Source of the DNA: a virus
DNA: 64,000 nucleotides
IMG/VR virus record: IMGVR_UViG_3300029787_000024
Coordinates: 3,809 to 67,808 of that record
Direction: 5' to 3' (one strand)
A program made the position numbers and the translations under genes. The stretch's first letter is position 1, and every line of letters begins with the position of its first letter. Positions 56,523 through 64,000 of this stretch are shown one piece after another. The notes below the pieces were generated by a model that saw only the letters and a list, made by a program, of their open reading frames with translations, searched no databases and was not told the origin of the DNA.

Positions 56523-57382
56523 TATCCGTCATATGCAGAATTTGCAAATCCATATAATTCTATTAAAAATACACCTGCACTATATGTTCCAGCTCCACTT
56601 CCATCAGCACTACCTGCTGACATATATATAAAATTATTATTACTACCTACTGCTATTACCTTAACATCTCCAACAGCCCAACTACCGCCCCTTTCTAAAA
56701 TTAAAGTATTTGAACCTATATGAGTTTCTCCAGCAATACTATTAAGGGTTGCCTCATATAAATCAATATCAGCATCACCACCCGCAGGAGTTTCTAAACA
56801 AGTTACTGTTCCAGAGCCACCATAATACGAACCTCCTGTATTTACACTTCCATTTCCCCTATGATATAACCAACAGTTAGCATCAGTATCATTACCTATA
56901 GTATCTCCATTATCAGAAGTAGATTTTAAATCTGTTATATCTACTAAAATTGTTGTTTTAACTATATTACCAATACGAGATATTGATGAGTTAAATCTAA
57001 AGCCTGAAGCCGCTCGTAATCCAGAGCCAGGATATTCATTAGGACCTACATTCGCTTGATTTAACTCAGATAAAGCAGGTAAAGAGCTTGATATTGAATA
57101 ATCTGAAGCAACATTAGTTATTCTTTTATCTACATCTGCTATGTTTATAAATAAACTTTTAGAATTTGTAAAAGCTTTTAATATATTTAACATTACGCTA
57201 TAACTTTCAGTGACAGTTAATGCTAAGGTATGTACAGCGTCTCCAGAATATTGATGATAAGTAGATTTAAATCCTATAAGAATAAGAGTATCCGTTTGAG
57301 AGTTAGTCATAAATACCATATCAGAAACCTTGTAAGCATACTCAAATCCAGTAGCATTAAAAATTACCATTTTATTTTTCAT
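56522..57382 (-). CDS. Paralogous-family N-domain plus head-fibre-like C-domain
   Basis: N-terminus like 57395..57721; Gly/Ser/Asp beta-rich C-terminus. Confidence 0.7.
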   Translation of the reverse strand: MKNKMVIFNATGFEYAYKVSDMVFMTNSQTDTLILIGFKSTYHQYSGDAVHTLALTVTESYSVMLNILKAFTNSKSLFINIADVDKRITNVASDYSISSSLPALSELNQANVGPNEYPGSGLRAASGFRFNSSISRIGNIVKTTILVDITDLKSTSDNGDTIGNDTDANCWLYHRGNGSVNTGGSYYGGSGTVTCLETPAGGDADIDLYEATLNSIAGETHIGSNTLILERGGSWAVGDVKVIAVGSNNNFIYMSAGSADGSGAGTYSAGVFLIELYGFANSAYDG

Positions 57383-57394
57383 ATCATTTTTATT

Positions 57395-57721
57395 TTAACT
57401 TGTTTCAATTGCTATTGATTGTATATCGTTAGTAACATATTCATTTGATTTATCATCAGCAACAATTATAATATCAGAATTAGATTTTGAAAAAGCCGTC
57501 ATTAAGTTTTGCATAACCGTTTTTCTTTTTCCGCTTTTAACGCTAATTTCAATTTTTACCTTTTCATTTGTGTACTCAAAATACATATCAACTTGGTCTG
57601 AAACTACTTGACCTATACCTGTAGCCCCTTGTGTGTCTATCCCATGTCTAATATGTTTTAAAGAGCTATATGGAAACATAAAAGAATAATCATTACTAGT
57701 TCTAAATACTAAATATTTCAT
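57395..57721 (-). CDS. Paralogous ~100-aa domain family protein
   Basis: Likely start MKYLVFR at 57721; SFMFPYSS, MYFE, IIIVADD..NEYV. Confidence 0.75.
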   Translation of the reverse strand: MKYLVFRTSNDYSFMFPYSSLKHIRHGIDTQGATGIGQVVSDQVDMYFEYTNEKVKIEISVKSGKRKTVMQNLMTAFSKSNSDIIIVADDKSNEYVTNDIQSIAIETS

Positions 57722-57734
57722 ATTATTTTTTTTA

Positions 57735-57771
57735 TTAATACCCACCCCCTCCGAAGAGGGGATAAGTATAT
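57735..57771 (-). terminator. Intrinsic-terminator-like hairpin
   Basis: CCCCT/AGGGG stem. Confidence 0.5.
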
Positions 57772-57780
57772 AGTTTAATA

Positions 57781-58269
57781 TTAAGCAAACGGACTTACTA
57801 AAGTACCGTCTCCAAATACATAGCCATCTACATGCCATCTATTTAAAGCTGTACAAGTAAGTTTAATAATACCGCCTACAAATCGCCCATTGTCATCTCC
57901 GTCCATAACAATTTTATCATCATCTGAACCATCAGGATGAAATTGTTTTAAACTAACAGTACCTGGAGCGTCTTTATCAGACATTATTAGTGTACCAATA
58001 TATAAATCTGATGTTTGTGCAGCATCTAAACTAAAAGTTCCAGTAAACGTAGTACCTATAGAAAAGGTATAAGTTAACCCTGGCTCTGCAACTGGCAATG
58101 TTACAACAATACCATCGGCTTTATTTAGAGTAAAATGCGTTCCTGATTGAATATCTTCTACCGTATAAGTAGCAGCAGTTATATCAACAACACCTATATA
58201 TTGACCATTTACTTTTTTTAAAACGTCATCGCTATCTGCTGAACGTTTTACGTCAAATACATCTTTCAT
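57781..58269 (-). CDS. Head decoration/fibre-like protein
   Basis: SGTHFTL..VTLP...GLTYTF; near MCP. Confidence 0.65.
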   Translation of the reverse strand: MKDVFDVKRSADSDDVLKKVNGQYIGVVDITAATYTVEDIQSGTHFTLNKADGIVVTLPVAEPGLTYTFSIGTTFTGTFSLDAAQTSDLYIGTLIMSDKDAPGTVSLKQFHPDGSDDDKIVMDGDDNGRFVGGIIKLTCTALNRWHVDGYVFGDGTLVSPFA

Positions 58270-58314
58270 TTTTTATTTATTTTAAAAGTTAAACACTTAA
58301 TTATTTTTTAAATA

Positions 58315-58346
58315 AAAGGAGAGCTAAGTGTTACACTCTCCCTTTA
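58315..58346. terminator. Hairpin
   Basis: AAAGGAGAG / CTCTCCCTTT. Confidence 0.55.
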
Positions 58347-58357
58347 TTAATCATTTA

Positions 58358-58663
58358 TTATGCTGCAGTATATGTAATATCTGTACATCCTTGTGAGTAA
58401 TCAAGGTCAATAGTTACAATAGCATCTCTATGATTTACAATAGATTTAGCTAAATCATCAGCATATGTAAGTTCCTTACCAGCAGTAATTCCTTCTATAT
58501 AAATATAATCATCTTCATTAACATCAGCACCTCTACCAAGTAAATATACTTTTATTTTAGTTGCCTCTGTTTCAATAAATTTAATTTCATCAGAAGGTAA
58601 GTAATATGCCTCATCAGCGTCAACTACGCTTGAAGCAGCTTTACGAAATTTTAATAGTTTCAT
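58358..58663 (-). CDS. Probable auxiliary capsid protein, paralogous-family member
   Basis: Directly after MCP; KLLKFRK..YYLP..IVTID. Confidence 0.65.
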   Translation of the reverse strand: MKLLKFRKAASSVVDADEAYYLPSDEIKFIETEATKIKVYLLGRGADVNEDDYIYIEGITAGKELTYADDLAKSIVNHRDAIVTIDLDYSQGCTDITYTAA

Positions 58664-58686
58664 TTTTTTAAATTTTTAAAAGTTAA

Positions 58687-58722
58687 GATGGAGAGAGGGG
58701 GTTAATTCCCCCTGTCGCCATC
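58687..58722 (-). terminator. Terminator after MCP
   Basis: AGGGGG/CCCCCT hairpin extended by GATGG/CCATC. Confidence 0.65.
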
Positions 58723-58733
58723 AATTAAGTTTA

Positions 58734-60164
58734 TTAAGAATTCGAAAGAATACCACAAGATAATGGATTTCTTAAGATAATACCAGATTCAGAAAGAATT
58801 TGACATTCAAAGAAATCATCACCATTTGCAGCCATCATCGAATTGTAGTCATAAGGGTTAACCATACCAGGTACATATTTTTTAACAAAACTTCTGTTAA
58901 AACCTTCAGCACCTTTAGCAATTAACTCTACATTAGAAACACCATTTTGCATTCCCATGTCTACAAATACCATTTTTCCTGATTCATTTGACGAATCAAA
59001 TGTAGAAGAAATAGAATTATGCATGTTAGGGTCATCAAATACTGGACAGTAAGATAATATCATCTTGTTACCAAGAATGTTATACTCACTAAAGTTAGCA
59101 CCTAATGCAACAGGAGCTCCTCCTTTAGAAGCAAATAAACCTGCTCCTCCAGCGCCACCAGAGACTAATAAGTCTTTCATAGCTCTGTGGAAGTCAATTC
59201 TTCCTTGAGTTCCTGTAAACACAGTCCATACATTACCTTCAGCAGATAAAGCATTTTTAGAAAGTGTTCCAATAAAGTTAACGATATCTTCTTCTGTTAA
59301 TGCACCAGCAGTATAAGTAGCTTGGTTAGAACCATCAATTTGTGCTAATAGACCATCACCCATAACTGGAAGACCAGCTGTAACATCATTATCTATACCA
59401 GTATCACCAGGATATCCAGCAGGACTTCCTACAGTTTTCTTTCCATACCATCTTTGAGCTTCAAGCTCATACATGAATTGGTCAGTCATTTGCTGTTCCT
59501 TAGTAAAGTACCATAATCTGTGACCATTAGATTCAATCCAAGTAACATCAGTTAAATCAGAACCCATAATTTTTGTTTTCTTACGAGATAGAGTTAACCA
59601 GTTCTTGTATGTATCTGGGTAAGCATAGTTTTGCCCAACCTCAGAAGCTAATGAACCTTGATTAAAAGCATTACCAATACAACCAATTACATCACCAGCC
59701 GCTAATACGTCAGTTACAGAATCAATAGCTCTAAGTGTAATAGTGTTAGAAACATCGCCTGTACCAGCTCCTGGAGTTCCAGCATCTGTTACCATTGCAG
59801 TAGCTCCCGAAGGAAATCTAACAATATCATTTACATTTAATTGATTACCATAAATTCCAGCAGCAGTACTATGGTCTAAAATACAAGTGAAAGAATCACC
59901 AGCATTTGTTCCAGCCATTGTTTGAGTTCCATTAGATAAAGATGGTTTTCTATATCTTCCCATCATTTTCCATTCAAACGCGTAATCGCCAATAATTTTT
60001 TCTGCAGCATTTCTGCCTGCAGCTTCTAACAAATATGTTAGAGAGAAACGTGGATATTGTGAAATAAGCTTCTTGCCTATTTCTGGGTATTTTAGTAGGT
60101 TGGTCACTAACGCCGTTTCATCAGTAGTATCCTTTCCATACGTACCCGTATATATTTTTGCCAT
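58734..60164 (-). CDS. Major capsid protein
   Basis: 476 aa; follows portal and scaffold; FEWKMMG, GDGLLAQI, PVFDD motifs typical of crAss MCPs. Confidence 0.88.
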   Translation of the reverse strand: MAKIYTGTYGKDTTDETALVTNLLKYPEIGKKLISQYPRFSLTYLLEAAGRNAAEKIIGDYAFEWKMMGRYRKPSLSNGTQTMAGTNAGDSFTCILDHSTAAGIYGNQLNVNDIVRFPSGATAMVTDAGTPGAGTGDVSNTITLRAIDSVTDVLAAGDVIGCIGNAFNQGSLASEVGQNYAYPDTYKNWLTLSRKKTKIMGSDLTDVTWIESNGHRLWYFTKEQQMTDQFMYELEAQRWYGKKTVGSPAGYPGDTGIDNDVTAGLPVMGDGLLAQIDGSNQATYTAGALTEEDIVNFIGTLSKNALSAEGNVWTVFTGTQGRIDFHRAMKDLLVSGGAGGAGLFASKGGAPVALGANFSEYNILGNKMILSYCPVFDDPNMHNSISSTFDSSNESGKMVFVDMGMQNGVSNVELIAKGAEGFNRSFVKKYVPGMVNPYDYNSMMAANGDDFFECQILSESGIILRNPLSCGILSNS

Positions 60165-60241
60165 TTTTTAAATGTTTTAATTTGTTATACAATAATTTAA
60201 TTTATTGCAACAAATAAAAGTAGCATCGCATTTTTTATTCA

Positions 60242-61252
60242 TTACTTCATGAACTCAACAGGGTCAAAACCAGATTTTGGTTTAAAACTAGCCTGTCGAC
60301 TTCGTCTGCCAAGGTTTGTATTAGTAATCTTATTGATTACAGAGGCTTTGCCCTTTTCCATTCCTTGACCACGTAACATCTTAAAGATTTTGTCCTTGTA
60401 TTTCCACAAGAAAGCAGCGTCTGCAACATTGGCAATATCGCTATAAACTTCTTCGGCAAAACCTCCTGAAGTCACGTAGTTATATAATTCTTTTCTTTCT
60501 TTATTTCCAATTTTTCCTCCAAAAAAGTCTTCTTTACTTTTAATGTATTTCTGTAAAGACTTTCTTGAACTTAAGTTTTGTTCTTCCCTTTGCTTAACTT
60601 CTTGAGCTTTTTGGTTTTTAACCTTTGTTCTCTCACTAGCTATATAATTCTGAAGATTCTTTCTTATCATTATAGCTTCTCTTTTTAATAAGCCCGAATC
60701 TTGTAATCTTTCTACAGTATCAGTAACCTCTTCCTTTGTTAAGCCAGAAGCTTTTAAATCAGAAGCAACTAAATTAGCATCACTTTGCTTTAAAAAGCTT
60801 TGAAGAGTGTCTATAGTATCATTAACTGGAGCGGGTTTAGATAACGCGCTTCTAACTGCATTTTTAAAACTTTCTTCATCTTTAGCATTTAAATCTAATT
60901 CGTTTGCTAAAGTACTCCAATCAAAAGGAGCATCTTCAGAACTAGTTTCTGTAGCGCTCTCAGGAACTGAATCCCAATCATCTTCTTCTTCTTGTTGAGG
61001 CTCTTCTTCTTTTTCATAATCAACCTCTACGCTTCCCCAATCAAAGTCATCACTAACTTGCTCTTCAACTTTACTTTCTGCTTCATTTATTAAATCATCA
61101 CCTTCAGTCTCTTCGTTTTCCGAAAAGGCTTTAGGGTCAAAAGAGGGAATCTCTTCTTCAGGAGAAGCCTCTTCTTTAGTTTCTACTTCTTGAGCAACAG
61201 TTTCTTCTGCTTGCTCTATTAGGCCTTCGCCTGATTTTTCTTGTTCACTCAT
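60242..61252 (-). CDS. Probable scaffolding protein
   Basis: Very acidic N-terminus and coiled coil, between portal and MCP. Confidence 0.7.
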   Translation of the reverse strand: MSEQEKSGEGLIEQAEETVAQEVETKEEASPEEEIPSFDPKAFSENEETEGDDLINEAESKVEEQVSDDFDWGSVEVDYEKEEEPQQEEEDDWDSVPESATETSSEDAPFDWSTLANELDLNAKDEESFKNAVRSALSKPAPVNDTIDTLQSFLKQSDANLVASDLKASGLTKEEVTDTVERLQDSGLLKREAIMIRKNLQNYIASERTKVKNQKAQEVKQREEQNLSSRKSLQKYIKSKEDFFGGKIGNKERKELYNYVTSGGFAEEVYSDIANVADAAFLWKYKDKIFKMLRGQGMEKGKASVINKITNTNLGRRSRQASFKPKSGFDPVEFMK

Positions 61253-61280
61253 AATTTTAATTTTTGCTCTTTGCTTTGTA

Positions 61281-61288
61281 CAAAGATA
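61281..61288 (-). promoter_or_regulatory. Bacteroidota -7 element TATCTTTG for scaffold/MCP
   Basis: Intergenic exact TAnnTTTG. Confidence 0.65.
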
Positions 61289-61294
61289 GTTAAT

Positions 61295-63637
61295 TTATTT
61301 TTTTGCTTTATTCCTAACAGATTCTCTGCTTTTTCTTTCATTTTCTTTATTTTTATTAGCAATCTCTTTTGCTTTCTCTTCTCTATCTTTATCAGACTTT
61401 TCCTTATCATGTTCTAATTTCATTTTCTCTAAATTTTCTTTAGATTCAGATTGAATAGCCTCTTTATGTAATACAGATTTCATTTTATCACTAATTACAT
61501 CAGCATCTAAGTCTGCTTGAATTTGAGCGACCTGAATTTTACCTTTTGTATTTTCTTTAGCAACTTCTAATCTAGATTCTGCATCCACTTGTTTCATATT
61601 AACTTCATGCTGTCTAGCAACCTCAGCTTGTTGTGCTTGCATTTTCATAGCTTCTTGTTGAGCTTGTTGAGCCTGTTGAGCTTGTTCTTGCATTTCTTTA
61701 ATACCATTTTCAAGAATACTTTCTGCTTCTGAAAGGCTATCAGATTTAAGTATTTTTATAACATCTAATAATCCTATATTTCCACCTTGTAATGCAGCTT
61801 GAGACATTTGAGTGATTGCTTGTTTAACAGCATCGTCTTTAGCTCCTTCATTAACAAATATTCCATAATCATTTAATGATATATCAGGAGTTATACTAAG
61901 TAATTGGTATCCACCATCTCCTAATACATATCCAGCTTTTTTACCTCCTGCCCAAGCTAACTTCATTAAATTACAAACCTTTTCCATAACTCTTTTCTTC
62001 ACCTCGCTATGTTGAAAAAACCAACTTTCTGTAACTAAATTAGATTGCATTACAGTTCTCTGTACATTACCAACAGCTTCATATTGAGATACAGCACCTT
62101 CTCTTTGCGGTGTAATACCACATACTTGTCCAGCTGTTTGCTCTAACATTAATTTAAGATTAATAAGTTGTTGTACAGAACTAGATAAAGTAAAATCAAC
62201 TTGACCAAATTGATTAAATCTTGCAGTATCCGTTCCTTCATCTCTAGAGTTTATAGGAATAATACCATCATTTTTAATATGATATAAAACAGTCTGCATG
62301 TCCATTCCTATATTAGAAGGCATTTGAGATACGTCATAAACAACTGCTTTACCACCAGCTCTAGATAATGTAAGTTCTATATGGTACATAACTACATTAT
62401 AAAGAGTTTGTATGTGCTTAAGAACATCAACTAAACTATTAACTCTACCAGTTGACATATTATGAACACAGCCCACATAAGACAAAGTAGCTGGACCTAT
62501 ATCATCTACTGACCTTACTTGATTAGGTCTTCGTCTGCATCTAGTAACTATTCTTCCACCTATTTTAGTGCCCTCCCATATATCATCTATATATTTTGTT
62601 ATAATCTCTTCATCTTTTCTAGGCTTATATTTATCTCCAACCATTTTTCTAAATGGAGCTTCTGGATTAAATTTATTAGGAGACACTTTGTATTTTACGG
62701 CTCTTATAGCTTTCCACTCTCCATGAATAAGTCTAATTCTAACTCCTGTAGAGGTATCATACTGAACCCATTCTATATTTGTATTATAACTCCCTAGCTC
62801 ACTTCCTGAAGCAATGTGTCTCATGTTTTCTAATTCAAAAACCTCTTCTTTTGTTAACTCTTCTCCATACTCATCAAGTATTTCATTAACACTTAACCAT
62901 CTTTGTTCTACCACCCATTGAGATTCATCTAAATAATCAGAGTCTATAGCAGTATCAAAAGCAATATTTCTTGGGTCTACACGTCTTACATAAGGGTCTC
63001 CGTTTAATATTTCAGTTTTATAAAATACTTTTCCTGTAACAAGTAAATCTCTAAATCCACTTTTAAATAAATCTTTCCATCTATGTTTTTGCATTAAATA
63101 AGAAAGACCATCTTCAACAGATTCCTCTACAGCCTCTTTATAAGTATATCTCATAAATACCTCTATGTCATCAGGTATTTCCATTCCTTCTTGAGAATTA
63201 TCCATAGCAACGTCCATTCCCATAGTATCATTAATCTCTTTTCTTATATCTCCCAACATTTTATCCATAACTAAAGAAACCTTTTCATCTTGTTTTCTAT
63301 TTACAGCATCTCTATTTATAGAGCTAACTTTAGTTTCTAAAGGTCTTCTTAATTCTTCACTTGTAAGTAAATCAATTTTTGGAGCAATAATATTAAAATT
63401 GGTCATTCTAGCAGGAAATGGAGTTCCATACTGGTCGGTAATATATTCGTAATCTTTGGGGTCAAAGTGGCCATGATATGCTTGATAGTTTCTTATATCT
63501 TTATATCTATCATTAATATATAAGCTATTGTGATGTTGAGCGATATAAGGAGCCATGGCGTCCAAGTTTTGTTCACACCATTCCTTATTTTTCTCTTTAT
63601 CACTAAGCAGTTGCCTAGGAAAATTTACATGTGGCAT
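61295..63637 (-). CDS. Portal protein
   Basis: 780 aa after TerL; NIIAPKIDLL, WEGTKIG, GITPQREG; Q-rich C-terminal barrel. Confidence 0.9.
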   Translation of the reverse strand: MPHVNFPRQLLSDKEKNKEWCEQNLDAMAPYIAQHHNSLYINDRYKDIRNYQAYHGHFDPKDYEYITDQYGTPFPARMTNFNIIAPKIDLLTSEELRRPLETKVSSINRDAVNRKQDEKVSLVMDKMLGDIRKEINDTMGMDVAMDNSQEGMEIPDDIEVFMRYTYKEAVEESVEDGLSYLMQKHRWKDLFKSGFRDLLVTGKVFYKTEILNGDPYVRRVDPRNIAFDTAIDSDYLDESQWVVEQRWLSVNEILDEYGEELTKEEVFELENMRHIASGSELGSYNTNIEWVQYDTSTGVRIRLIHGEWKAIRAVKYKVSPNKFNPEAPFRKMVGDKYKPRKDEEIITKYIDDIWEGTKIGGRIVTRCRRRPNQVRSVDDIGPATLSYVGCVHNMSTGRVNSLVDVLKHIQTLYNVVMYHIELTLSRAGGKAVVYDVSQMPSNIGMDMQTVLYHIKNDGIIPINSRDEGTDTARFNQFGQVDFTLSSSVQQLINLKLMLEQTAGQVCGITPQREGAVSQYEAVGNVQRTVMQSNLVTESWFFQHSEVKKRVMEKVCNLMKLAWAGGKKAGYVLGDGGYQLLSITPDISLNDYGIFVNEGAKDDAVKQAITQMSQAALQGGNIGLLDVIKILKSDSLSEAESILENGIKEMQEQAQQAQQAQQEAMKMQAQQAEVARQHEVNMKQVDAESRLEVAKENTKGKIQVAQIQADLDADVISDKMKSVLHKEAIQSESKENLEKMKLEHDKEKSDKDREEKAKEIANKNKENERKSRESVRNKAKK

Positions 63638-63640
63638 ATC

Positions 63641-64000
63641 TTAATTTTTAAATGGAATTATTCTACCACCTTCTTTTTTGTAGTAGACAAACCCCAAAGT
63701 TTTATCTTTCTCATCTTTTTCTCTTGCCTGAATTTGAAATATATCAATATTATGAATTAAACACAAACCAAAAGCAATTGCTCTATCCGTATTTCTTGTT
63801 CCATAATCAGCCAATTCATTTAACAAATCAATGAACCATATATCATCAACGTTAGTCTTAATATAATCATCCATGTACTGCTCCATAACGGCCTTTGTTT
63901 GTTTATTCATTTGTAAACCAAATCTATTTCTAGTTAAGGTTCCAGGCGCGTGTGCAGTTTTGGGTTTTTCTTTCATATATTTAAGAGCTTTCTTTCTCTT
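63641..64000 (-). CDS. terL: Terminase large subunit, C-terminal end (extends beyond window)
   Basis: Frame open to 64000; LLNELADY..NTDRAIAF nuclease-domain motif; directly upstream of portal. Confidence 0.85.
   Translation of the reverse strand, partial: KRKKALKYMKEKPKTAHAPGTLTRNRFGLQMNKQTKAVMEQYMDDYIKTNVDDIWFIDLLNELADYGTRNTDRAIAFGLCLIHNIDIFQIQAREKDEKDKTLGFVYYKKEGGRIIPFKN

Noticed and set aside
17324-63834. Many short + strand ORFs in the late block, and similar shadow or alternative-frame ORFs elsewhere
   Set aside because: Antisense or out-of-frame shadows of well-supported genes
1-64000. Stop-codon reassignment, introns, inteins, DGR or integrase
   Set aside because: Genes are intact and densely packed in the standard code; no RT, intein or recombinase motifs noticed

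Overview
AT-rich 64 kb segment of a crAss-like (Crassvirales-type) podophage, most likely infecting Bacteroidota (Flavobacteria): TAnnTTTG promoter elements, SD-less A/T-rich leaders and a T9SS-type sorting tail point to that host. The layout has three blocks. (i) Leftward structural/accessory genes at 1-2.4 kb. (ii) A rightward early block (2.5-8.8 kb) with a repeated 16-bp promoter-like motif, many structured non-coding elements, tiny ORFs, a class II glutamine amidotransferase and an amidoligase, followed by a rightward replication/recombination block (8.9-15.7 kb: DnaB, HU, Sak4-like, SSB-like, NinB, RusA-like, RecE-like, GGCT, HNH, DnaA domain IV; no DNA polymerase or primase seen). (iii) A long leftward late block: TerL end, portal, scaffold, MCP, head accessory proteins, ring/tail proteins, ejected cargo proteins including a 4151-aa virion RNA polymerase, fibre-like paralogs, a cell-envelope cassette and lysis genes. 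The most interesting signals are the early non-coding RNA island (kissing-loop pair, anti-start-codon small RNAs), two recurring early DNA motifs, a 7-member paralogous domain family, and a beta-barrel/T9SS-substrate/Cys-less thioredoxin cassette. All calls are by eye from motifs and gene order; no database searches or folding programs were run.
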